The position numbers were made by a program, and so were the translations under genes. Shown here piece by piece: positions 56,295 to 64,000 of a stretch of DNA of 64,000 nt (position 1 is its first letter; each line of letters begins with the position of its first letter). Below the pieces are notes generated by a model. It saw nothing but the letters and a program-made list of their open reading frames with translations, was not told the DNA's origin and ran no database searches. The DNA comes from Candidatus Latescibacterota bacterium (GTDB taxonomy: Bacteria; Latescibacterota; UBA2968; UBA8231). Location: contig CBDETY010000003.1 of the NCBI GenBank assembly GCA_965243025.1, positions 3,968,001 to 4,032,000 on the forward strand, written 5' to 3'.

Positions 56295-59200
56295 TCAACC
56301 CGGTCGACTCACGTCGATTACACAGACCGATATTTTGCGCGCCTCTTCGGGAGACAGGGTAGCTTTCAGCTGCTCCTTCAGCTCCTTGGCGTTCATCGGA
56401 GAAGTGCCTGAGGGAGGCGGTACCTGTGTGTGTTCTTTTCCAAACCAGAACACAAGGTAAATACCGTACCCGTCTGTCTCCGGATCGGTGGTGTACTTTG
56501 GGATCAATTGGTTTCGCGGAGCACTCCAGAGATCCGGATGTGAATTCTTCTTGATTTCCAGCGGAACCTGAAAATCCCCGTATGCAACTCGTATGTCCGC
56601 CCGCTTGTTGTTGACGTATTGAATCTCGGGTTCGGCATTGGAGAAGTACCGCCTTAGATCTTGCAGCAGCGCATCTCGGCAAGAGTTCTCGTGCTTCGGG
56701 GTTGTCGGTCTCTGGCTTTCGTCCTCGTTCCAGTACGGACGCCAATAGTTGGCATTGTTCGTACTAACTCGTTCTGCGATTTCATCGAAGCGGTCCACCA
56801 TAAGGGCGGCAAGGTCAGCTGCGTTGGCCGGCGTTCCGCCGTTCAGCGTTTGACAGACCTGCTTGATGCTCAGGTGACGGTAACCGGCGTCACGGCAGAT
56901 CACCCGTTGGGCATCCTGCGCCCGAGAAAGCTCCTCGTGCCAGTTGGTCAGCTCCGGGTCGGCGACCAGCCTGCAAAGAGCATGGCTCGACTCCTTTGTG
57001 GGAGAAGCGGCGAGGCGTTGGATCTGACCGTAGACAAGCCATGCAGCTTCCATTTCCGGCCCTACGAACCCGCCCTCATCATCATCCGCATTACCAACTC
57101 GCCTCTGATCCGGTCCGACGCAGGTTCCAACAAGGCGTATGAGAAGCTCCAATACCGGAATCCCCAGATCGTCAAAGGAAAACCGAATGGGATCTTGAAA
57201 GGAAAAGAACTCAGCCAGATTCGAAATTCGGCGCTCGTTGCCCTCTGCGAAGTCAGACAACAGGGCCTTGTACCTCGCGGGCGAGACGATGACCCCCAAA
57301 GCCAACCAACGCACGCGCTGGGCGTCGTTCATGCTCTTCCGGGATAACTTCATTCCGATCAGTTCCTGAAGCGCAGATCTGTCTGCATGCTGCAGTGCCG
57401 CCCAAAGCAGATGTTTCAGGTTTTCGATCTGGTGCAGCTTGCAGCGAGTCGGAAATGCGCGGAGCAGGGGCATGCTCGCATGTCTGGCGACTTGCGCGTG
57501 ATTCTCTCTATGGGCGAGCGCAAAGAGTCCGGTAAGCTTCCTACCGCCACGGAGTTCGACCTTGCCGGACAGTATCATTACATGGGCTACGATACCGGGC
57601 TCTGAATCGAGGAGGCGTTGGTACCAATTAGGCTCGATGGAACTGGACAAAGAAAAATGGAATGCCAGTGCTTTGCGCATCTGACCTTCATCGAGGCGAC
57701 ACAGCTCCTCTGGTGAGGATCTTTCGAATTCCGACAGGGCGGCAAGAAACGGAAAGCCGAGATAGTGCCTGCGATCCGTTGCTCTGAGCGCCAGAATCTC
57801 CTCATCCCCCGGAACGTCTTTCCGGTCGACAACCCCACGGATACCCATGATTGCTGCATCGATCAAGTTGGGATCTTCCAGCTCCTGCTCTATATCCTTC
57901 GGTCCTCCTTGACGGTGAACATTGATGGAATTTCCGAAGTACCTGATCGCAATCTGTTCAAGTAAGGCGGGGGCTGCTCGGTTCTCACGCAGCGCGACTT
58001 CGTTGGAGCGGATAAGTTCGAGCCATTGCTCTTCTCGCAGCCGTCGTTCCTCGGTGAATGTCCTCGCCCGTTCCCGCAATCTCTGTTGCCGCGGCGTAAT
58101 AGACCGAGGAGCAAGCAGTTGATCCAGTTTGGGCTTCAGCCATTCTCTTTTCTCTGCGTGATCCTGCAGTACCTCGAGGGACAGTCCCTCGTTTCCGTTT
58201 TGAGAAGCGTGCGCGCTGACCGCCAACTCAAACAGGTGTTCTGCAATCTCCCGCTTAGAGCCTTCCATGGAGACGGCCTGCTTCAGGCACCAGAGACCAA
58301 AGTCGGACGGCAGGCTTGAACCGTACCATCGTTCCGAGATCTCTATTACGTGTGGGCTGAATCCGTCAGACTCGAGACAGCGCTCCAAACCCTTGATTAC
58401 GAGGACCTTCTGAACCTTTGGACGCTGCTCCAGCCAGGAGCGTATCTCCTGGATGTCCTCCATGTCGCCGACTTGGATTTCGTCCAGATCCTCCGTGAAA
58501 CCCAGATTTAGCCAATCATACAGACGCTCTGTCGCCAGTCGATCCCCGTGCACTTGCAGGCCTCGGGCGAGCAGCTTCACGGGAAGGTTCTCAAGAGTGC
58601 TACTGCCCTTCAGAGTTGGGTGCGTGTCCGCAGGACGCTCGCCCAAAGTGTCGAGGAGCTCCGCGATCTGATCGTCTGAGGACTTCTCAAGAAGGGCGAA
58701 CCAGAAAAACCACTTGTACATGCCGAAAAATGACTCTCGGTGACGTGTCTCGAAATAGATGTCACACACCTGCGACGGTGAAAGGTGCTTGGGATAAAGT
58801 TCGTTTAGCAGGATTCCCAGGAGTTCGTTGTCCGGATCGGAGACGCGTCTGTTGCGGATATCAGCAAGCAGCGATTTAAAATTGTCGGCCTTACCCTGGC
58901 TTTCCGGGCAGTTGTGGATGAAGGCATTGAGAGCGGATGCGTTGACGCGAGGCCAGCGTGTATCGTCCCGGGCAGTTGCGATCAGGAGCACGCCAAGGTC
59001 TGACAAGGGCTTACCTTCGGTCAGTACGCGCAAGACGAAATCGGTGAACATCTGGTGGTCCGGGCTGCGATCGCTGTCCCGAAGCGCCTCGCTGAGATCG
59101 ACTTCCATCTCAGACGTAGCGAGGGCGCCAAAGGCCTCCGCAGACCTCCGTACTGTACCAAGCCGGGCCCCCTCTCGCTTCAGGGATTTCAGCAGCGCCC

Positions 59201-60374
59201 GTTTCTCGTCGACAGAAAACTCTCCGATTTCTCCGTACAGTCCGACACCGATCGGGTCGCGTTCGATGAGATCAGGCCTGGCTTCCCTGGAATTGGCCGC
59301 CAGCCAGGCGGACAGGCCCCGCATCTCGGTGACCACGGTGCCGTCCTCGCCCGTTATCAGGGAAATAACCCGACGGGCGGGGAGGCCGTTCTGGACGACC
59401 CTGGCGAGGTGCCGGGCACCGAGGAATTCAGCGACATGGCGATGAACGGGGATAAAGCGGTTGCTGGAGGCGCCCTTGAACAGCTTCGTGGCGAGTGCGG
59501 AACGGAGCACTTGGGGGTCGTAATCGCACTTGTCCAGAGCGGGGTACTCCTCGTCCGGCTGGCCGCGCAGGGTGTAGCCCGCCCCGCCCGAAATCAGTTG
59601 AAGTGCGCAGAGACGTCCGGCGGCGTCGAGGAGCTGGTCGTGGGGGGGTGAACTTCCCGACTCTTGCGACGCTTGATGCTCCTCGTTGTGCTCGAGGACC
59701 ATCTGGCCGCTGGCCATCTCGAAAGTCTCTTTTCGGCTCTCCGGCCACCCCCCACCCCCGCCAACGACATCCGCCAGCATCTCCAGGGTTTGCGGGTTCT
59801 CCAACAGGCCCTCGACGCCCCGCTTCCGCGCTTCCTCGATGAAGGCCCCGGCATCTCCGATTTCCGCCCGAGCATCCAGGATCGAGGTGACATCCGTATC
59901 CGTCAGGGGATAAAGCCGCAGGACCCTCAACGGGGAATCCGGTGAAACGGATTCCAAATGCTTCTGGTCATTTTCTCCCAGCCAGTCCGCTTCCCGGCAG
60001 GACAGCCGGAAGCGCGGCTTGCCCAAGGCGTCCAGCTTCCGCCGGACCTGGTCGAAGGGCGTGCCCACGTTCGACGTGCCGGCTCGGATCTCATCGAGTC
60101 CGTCGATGAAGAGGATCTTGCCGCGCCACTCGGGGTGGTGCTGCGGATCAAAGGCCAGAAAGTCGCGGGCGGGTATCTTCAACGCCTGCTCCCCAAGCGC
60201 CTCGCACTCGGCCTCAAACGCAGTCGTCTTGCCGGCCCCAGGGTCCCCGAGCAGCACGTAGGCCGGCGCGTCGCGGAACTCCTCCAGGGGCCGGGACCGC
60301 TCGTCCCCAGGCTGATTCCGCTGCTCCTTCCTTGGGGGGATTTCCGTACAGGTGCGGGGTACGATCACCTTCAT
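56295..60374 (-). CDS. NACHT/STAND NTPase with long helical region and C-terminal PD-(D/E)xK nuclease
   Basis: ATG 60374 (ATGA overlap), 1359 aa. Walker A GDPGAGKT; Walker B FIDGLDE; LSCR; NPQTL; HRHVAEFLGA. C-terminal EN.CRD...KRADI...PLEIKK...NQL..KY...GIYLVFWFG. Confidence 0.85.
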   Translation of the reverse strand: MKVIVPRTCTEIPPRKEQRNQPGDERSRPLEEFRDAPAYVLLGDPGAGKTTAFEAECEALGEQALKIPARDFLAFDPQHHPEWRGKILFIDGLDEIRAGTSNVGTPFDQVRRKLDALGKPRFRLSCREADWLGENDQKHLESVSPDSPLRVLRLYPLTDTDVTSILDARAEIGDAGAFIEEARKRGVEGLLENPQTLEMLADVVGGGGGWPESRKETFEMASGQMVLEHNEEHQASQESGSSPPHDQLLDAAGRLCALQLISGGAGYTLRGQPDEEYPALDKCDYDPQVLRSALATKLFKGASSNRFIPVHRHVAEFLGARHLARVVQNGLPARRVISLITGEDGTVVTEMRGLSAWLAANSREARPDLIERDPIGVGLYGEIGEFSVDEKRALLKSLKREGARLGTVRRSAEAFGALATSEMEVDLSEALRDSDRSPDHQMFTDFVLRVLTEGKPLSDLGVLLIATARDDTRWPRVNASALNAFIHNCPESQGKADNFKSLLADIRNRRVSDPDNELLGILLNELYPKHLSPSQVCDIYFETRHRESFFGMYKWFFWFALLEKSSDDQIAELLDTLGERPADTHPTLKGSSTLENLPVKLLARGLQVHGDRLATERLYDWLNLGFTEDLDEIQVGDMEDIQEIRSWLEQRPKVQKVLVIKGLERCLESDGFSPHVIEISERWYGSSLPSDFGLWCLKQAVSMEGSKREIAEHLFELAVSAHASQNGNEGLSLEVLQDHAEKREWLKPKLDQLLAPRSITPRQQRLRERARTFTEERRLREEQWLELIRSNEVALRENRAAPALLEQIAIRYFGNSINVHRQGGPKDIEQELEDPNLIDAAIMGIRGVVDRKDVPGDEEILALRATDRRHYLGFPFLAALSEFERSSPEELCRLDEGQMRKALAFHFSLSSSIEPNWYQRLLDSEPGIVAHVMILSGKVELRGGRKLTGLFALAHRENHAQVARHASMPLLRAFPTRCKLHQIENLKHLLWAALQHADRSALQELIGMKLSRKSMNDAQRVRWLALGVIVSPARYKALLSDFAEGNERRISNLAEFFSFQDPIRFSFDDLGIPVLELLIRLVGTCVGPDQRRVGNADDDEGGFVGPEMEAAWLVYGQIQRLAASPTKESSHALCRLVADPELTNWHEELSRAQDAQRVICRDAGYRHLSIKQVCQTLNGGTPANAADLAALMVDRFDEIAERVSTNNANYWRPYWNEDESQRPTTPKHENSCRDALLQDLRRYFSNAEPEIQYVNNKRADIRVAYGDFQVPLEIKKNSHPDLWSAPRNQLIPKYTTDPETDGYGIYLVFWFGKEHTQVPPPSGTSPMNAKELKEQLKATLSPEEARKISVCVIDVSRPG

Positions 60375-61624
60375 GCTTCCTCGAACCAGTGATGGGCGGG
60401 AACCGTGAGAAACTCGTTGAGGGGTATCCCACCCTCCCCGACCCGCAACGAGCGGTGGGGGCTGAAGCGTTTTTCGAACTCGTCCATTCCTGGCAATTGG
60501 GTTTTCATCGCGCCGCTCTTCACCTCGATGGCGACAAGCCGGGAACCCCGCTTCAGGACGAAGTCGACCTCCTGGGATCCGTCCCGCCAGTAACCAAGAC
60601 GGACATCCGGCGCGGCGGTGTTGAACAGGTGCGCCCCTGCCGCGCTCTCCACGATGCGGCCCCAGAAGGTGCGGTCCGCCTGAGCCTCCTCGAAGGAATA
60701 CCCGGAACCGGCCGTCATCAGCGCCGTGTTGAGCACATTGAGCTTGGGACTGGAAGCGCGCCGGGAAGCGCGGCTGCCGGTGTATTTCTGCAGGCCCGCG
60801 AGCAGTCCGGCGCTCGCCAGCAGGTCGAGGTAGCGCGCCAGAGTAGTCGTGTTCCCTGCGTCCTGAAGCTGCCCCAGCATATTGGTGTACGACAGGATCT
60901 GCCCGGAACAGGAGGCCCCAAGCTCGAAGAGCCCCTTCAGCAGTGCCGGTTTGTCCACCCGGGTCAAATCGAGGAGGTCGCGCTCGATGTTCGGCTCCAC
61001 GAGAGCCCCGAGGATGTAGCTGCGCCACCGGTCAGGCTCCCGGACGAGCCGGTCGGCCCCCGGGTAGCCTCCGAAATAGAGGTATTTCGGCAGGTCGACC
61101 CCGAAGGCCCTGGACATCTCCGCAAATGACCAGTGGGTGACGCGGATCGGTTCGAATCGGCCTGCAAGGCTCTCGCTCAATCCCGACTGCATGAGCAGGG
61201 GAGCCGAGCCGAGGATGACCACGTGCAAGGGACAGTCTCTGGCGCGGTCGGCGTCCCACAGCCCCTTCACGGTGTCGGACCACCCCTCGATCTTCTGGAT
61301 CTCGTCCAAGACCAGCACAGACCCACGCGGCGCACCTTCAGCCTCGAGCCGGGCTTCTTCCCACTGGCGCACCAGCCATTCCCTGTCCCGCTCCACCGGC
61401 GTACGGAACGTGGCCTCGGCCTCACCGTACGGGTCCCGGAACTCAGGAGAGTCGGGCTCATCGACGGCCAGGTAGCGGCTCCCCAAATCAGTGCGTCGCA
61501 GAGCCTGGCGCACGATGGTGGTCTTGCCGGTCTGACGCGGGCCGAACAGGGCGATGAGGAGATGGGGCGGCTCCGCGAGCCGCTCGACGAGTGTGTTTAC
61601 CTGTGAACGTTCGAAAGGCTGCAT
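60371..61624 (-). CDS. AAA_14 ATPase with wHTH and C-terminal DUF4143 (PD-(D/E)xK-like) domain
   Basis: GPRQTGKTT; VLDEIQK; LGS; SLAGR; GGYP; YWRD..EVDFV...AIEVKSG. Confidence 0.9.
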   Translation of the reverse strand: MQPFERSQVNTLVERLAEPPHLLIALFGPRQTGKTTIVRQALRRTDLGSRYLAVDEPDSPEFRDPYGEAEATFRTPVERDREWLVRQWEEARLEAEGAPRGSVLVLDEIQKIEGWSDTVKGLWDADRARDCPLHVVILGSAPLLMQSGLSESLAGRFEPIRVTHWSFAEMSRAFGVDLPKYLYFGGYPGADRLVREPDRWRSYILGALVEPNIERDLLDLTRVDKPALLKGLFELGASCSGQILSYTNMLGQLQDAGNTTTLARYLDLLASAGLLAGLQKYTGSRASRRASSPKLNVLNTALMTAGSGYSFEEAQADRTFWGRIVESAAGAHLFNTAAPDVRLGYWRDGSQEVDFVLKRGSRLVAIEVKSGAMKTQLPGMDEFEKRFSPHRSLRVGEGGIPLNEFLTVPAHHWFEEA

Positions 61625-61631
61625 GTGCCCG

Positions 61632-61669
61632 AATTTACGTTACTGAGTAATTTTACTCAATAGAGTAAC
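61632..61669 (-). promoter_or_regulatory. Promoter of the AAA/NACHT operon overlapped by palindromic operator half-sites
   Basis: Minus strand TTGAGT (61660-61655), N17, TAAATT (61637-61632); 7 nt separate the -10 from the ATG. Overlapping GTTACT-g-AGTAA-tt-TTACTC-aata-GAGTAAC. Confidence 0.55.
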
Positions 61670-61765
61670 CTCCAAAACTTGCCGCTCCTTTGGGGAAAAG
61701 GATAGGTCAAGTCAGTCGGGGTTCGGGAGGGGAAGACGTGGTGGAGCTATGGGAGTGTCTTCTGG

Positions 61766-61990
61766 CTATTTCACCTTGAGGAGCTCTTCAACTCTGAGCC
61801 CGATATCACTTGCGATTTGACGAAGCAGAATGGGCGAAATGTCTCGCCCCTTGTGGAATGGAACGGTCGTTCCTCTTCCATCCGCATGGCGATACTGTTT
61901 GTGTGAACCTCGCTGACGCACTTCGCGAAAGCCGAGCATCTCGAGCAACCGGATCACTTCTCGAGGTTTGAGTGCCGGTATATCGGGCAT
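61766..61990 (-). CDS. hicA: HicA family toxin (mRNA interferase)
   Basis: MPDIPALKPREVIRLLEMLGF..VRQRGSH...TTVPFH...LLRQI; TGATG overlap with hicB. Confidence 0.92.
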   Translation of the reverse strand: MPDIPALKPREVIRLLEMLGFREVRQRGSHKQYRHADGRGTTVPFHKGRDISPILLRQIASDIGLRVEELLKVK

Positions 61991-62196
61991 CAGGTAGTGA
62001 CTATCTGTTGTATACCGACAAACTCGGAATCCAGATCCGGCGCGCCGTCCTCGAGAAGCATTTCGACCACTTCCTTCAGGTTTTCGTTCAGTTCGTCCAA
62101 CGTCTCCCCCTGCGAATGGGCACCTGCAAAACCAGGCACGTACCCGACATACAGCCGGGTATCCCTGCACCATTCCACAACAGCAGTAAATCGCAT
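61990..62196 (-). CDS. hicB: HicB family antitoxin (short, no DNA-binding domain)
   Basis: YVGYVPGFAGAHSQGETLDELNENLKEVVEMLLE; 68 aa. Confidence 0.9.
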   Translation of the reverse strand: MRFTAVVEWCRDTRLYVGYVPGFAGAHSQGETLDELNENLKEVVEMLLEDGAPDLDSEFVGIQQIVTT

Positions 62197-62331
62197 TTCG
62201 GTCTCTCTTGTCTTTGAGGCAGGTGAGATGATTTGGCAGCGGGGCCAGCTCCACCAGTCCTTGTGGTAACTTTGCCCGTACGGCTGCCCGCTATCTTCCA
62301 CCTCGACACAGGGGATGTCAACCAATTGGCC

Positions 62332-62475
62332 GAGAGCCACTGGCACGGCCAAAACTTCTGCCAGGGCACGGTCTGCGAGATGCTGGAGAATCCGGGGGAG
62401 GAGATCTTCGACGTCATCCGCCTGTTCGGAGAGCGCGGCAAGATCTTCAACGTCCACTTCCGCAACATCCGCGGC
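62332..62475 (+). pseudogene. Internal fragment of mannonate dehydratase (UxuA family)
   Basis: [44 protein letters not shown] matches the UxuA FCxG...VHxRN core; neither end of the gene is present. Confidence 0.7.
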
Positions 62476-62547
62476 GCCGGTGTTCGAGGTACCGCCCGCC
62501 CCCTATATTGCCCGCGGCACCTGACCCGGAAAATCGGCCGCTCCCCA

Positions 62548-63690
62548 ATGACCGAAACTCCACCCGAAGAAAAACGCCCCGACCGCAAGACGGTCGCCCT
62601 GTGGCGCGAGCACTGGCAGGACGAAAGCGACGCCGCCTTCCTCTACCGCCGGCTCGCCGCCTCCTCCACCGACGAGGAGAAGCGGGATCTCTACCTCAAG
62701 CTCGCCGCGGTCGAGGAGAAGCACACCGGGGTCTGGGAGAAGATCTTCGTCGACCACGGGATCCCGGTGCCCCCCCGGAAGCCCTCCGCGCGGGCCCGCC
62801 TGATGGCCTGGGTCGCCGGCAGGTTCGGCCCCGACATGCTGCAGAACCTGCTGCTGCGGGAAGAGGGGCTCGAGGTCAGGGGGTACATCTCGCTCTACCG
62901 GGAGAGCGATCCCGGCTCGACGGCTGACGCCGCCCTGCTCCTGGCCAGGGAATCCGCCCACCATGCCGAGACCCTGTCGAAGCTGGCCTCCAGCGAAGGG
63001 GAGCCCTGGCACTACACGAGGTCGGGCGGCTTCCTGCGCAACGTGGTGTACGGGTTCAACGACGGCCTGACAGCGAACTTCGGACTCGTCGCCGGCGTCG
63101 TCGGCGCCCAGGTCGAGGCTGCCTTCATCATGCTTACCGGCGTCGCCGGAATGATCGCCGACGCCCTCTCCATGGGCGCCTCCGGCTACCTGGCGGCCAA
63201 GAGCGAGCGCGAGGTCTACGACCACGAGATCAAGGTGGAGCGGGAAGAGCTGCGCTTCATGCCGGAGATCGAGGAGGAGGAGCTCGCTCTCCTTTACCAG
63301 ACCAAGGGGGTGCAGGAGGAGAGCGCCCGCGAGATCGCGCGGGAGATCATGAAGTCCCCGGAGAAGGCCCTCGACGTGATGGTGCAGGAGGAGCTCGGCA
63401 TCGGGGAGCAGCGCGTCACCCCCTTCCGCGAGGGCTGGATCACCGGCATCGCCACCGCGGTGGGCGCCTCCATCCCGGTGGCTCCGTTCCTGTTGCTGAG
63501 CGGTCCGGCCGCCATCTGGACCTCCTTCGGCGTCTCGATGTTCTCCCACTTCGCGGTCGGCGCCGCGCGCAGTGTCTTCACCGGCCGCAGCCTGTTCCGC
63601 AGCGGCGTCGACATGCTCATGGTCGGCTTCGGCGTGGCCGCCATCGGCTACCTGGTCGGCGAGCTCGCCGTCAAGTACTGGCTCGGTTAG
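62548..63690 (+). CDS. VIT1/CCC1 family metal transporter with N-terminal ferritin/rubrerythrin-like domain
   Basis: E..AA.LY, EEKH, ESAHH di-iron-type motifs; [20 protein letters not shown]; TM helices. ATG 62548. Confidence 0.88.
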   Translation: MTETPPEEKRPDRKTVALWREHWQDESDAAFLYRRLAASSTDEEKRDLYLKLAAVEEKHTGVWEKIFVDHGIPVPPRKPSARARLMAWVAGRFGPDMLQNLLLREEGLEVRGYISLYRESDPGSTADAALLLARESAHHAETLSKLASSEGEPWHYTRSGGFLRNVVYGFNDGLTANFGLVAGVVGAQVEAAFIMLTGVAGMIADALSMGASGYLAAKSEREVYDHEIKVEREELRFMPEIEEEELALLYQTKGVQEESAREIAREIMKSPEKALDVMVQEELGIGEQRVTPFREGWITGIATAVGASIPVAPFLLLSGPAAIWTSFGVSMFSHFAVGAARSVFTGRSLFRSGVDMLMVGFGVAAIGYLVGELAVKYWLG

Positions 63691-63820
63691 CAGCCCCTCT
63701 CAAGCGGAGATACGGCCCGGCACCTGCCCCGGCGGCCCCCGGGCATGTCCCCGTCGCCAGCCTTACCTTTTCCGGGCCCTCGCCCCGGAAGCCCAACTTC
63801 ATACCCTCGGGAAGTCACCC

Positions 63821-64000
63821 ATGGAAAACCGCGGCTGGAACGACAGCGCCAAAGCCAAACCCGCCGCCGACATCGACATCCGCTGCGGCTCCGGCCTGCT
63901 GCGCCGCGAGAGCCGGAACTGGCCCCCGTACGGAGTCGTGACCACCCCGAGCGCCTGGAAGGCGGCGCGTCCCCACCTCGCCCGCGAGCCTGACGGAATC
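63821..64000 (+). CDS. Partial CDS running off the window (possibly iron-containing alcohol/glycerol-phosphate dehydrogenase N-terminus)
   Basis: ATG 63821 with frame open to the end: MENRGWNDSAK...IRCGSGLL...VVTTPSAW; function is a weak guess. Confidence 0.4.
   Translation, partial: MENRGWNDSAKAKPAADIDIRCGSGLLRRESRNWPPYGVVTTPSAWKAARPHLAREPDGI

Noticed and set aside
60375-61028. N-terminal effector extension of the NACHT ORF (1577 aa in the track)
   Set aside because: It overlaps the AAA_14 gene in another frame, has shadow-ORF composition, and the ATGA overlap marks 60374 as the start.
62233-62547. UxuA-VIT1 fusion protein
   Set aside because: Only ~48 codons of UxuA, flanked by non-homologous sequence; being in frame with the VIT1 gene is probably coincidental.
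1-64000. Many long antisense and alternate-frame ORFs; CRISPR arrays; IS elements
   Set aside because: Long shadow ORFs are expected at this GC content and lack motifs; no repeat-spacer array or DDE/HUH transposase was seen.

Overview
High-GC, densely coding bacterial window with about 50 CDS, one tRNA-Phe(GAA) and no CRISPR array, rRNA, integrase or intact IS. The organism is a diderm (lipoboxes, an outer-membrane barrel-type protein, murA). The window holds six PhyH-family Fe(II)/2OG dioxygenases, four Gfo/Idh/MocA oxidoreductases, amidohydrolases, an ankyrin fusion and secreted proteins ending in 'TWGRIKAS'. This profile resembles Latescibacterota/Poribacteria-like sponge-associated bacteria (inference, not verified). 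Most of the window is sugar/small-molecule catabolism and envelope genes. The main accessory feature is a ~6 kb block (56.2-62.3 kb) with a translationally coupled AAA_14/DUF4143 ATPase plus a 1359-aa NACHT/STAND protein carrying a C-terminal PD-(D/E)xK nuclease. It sits behind a palindrome-rich promoter, next to a hicBA toxin-antitoxin pair, and is bounded by a 10-bp direct repeat and a uxuA gene fragment; it is a candidate anti-phage system. Other points of note: a PhyH with a halogenase-type HxG motif, a PhyH with a 3-His motif, bacterial proteins resembling animal OSGIN1/2 and ASPDH, two tandem paralog pairs of unknown envelope proteins, a PQQ dehydrogenase-ankyrin fusion and an SBP-permease fusion ABC transporter. 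All family calls come from motifs read by eye; no database searches were run. Many start codons were moved from the ORF track using RBS and gene-overlap evidence.
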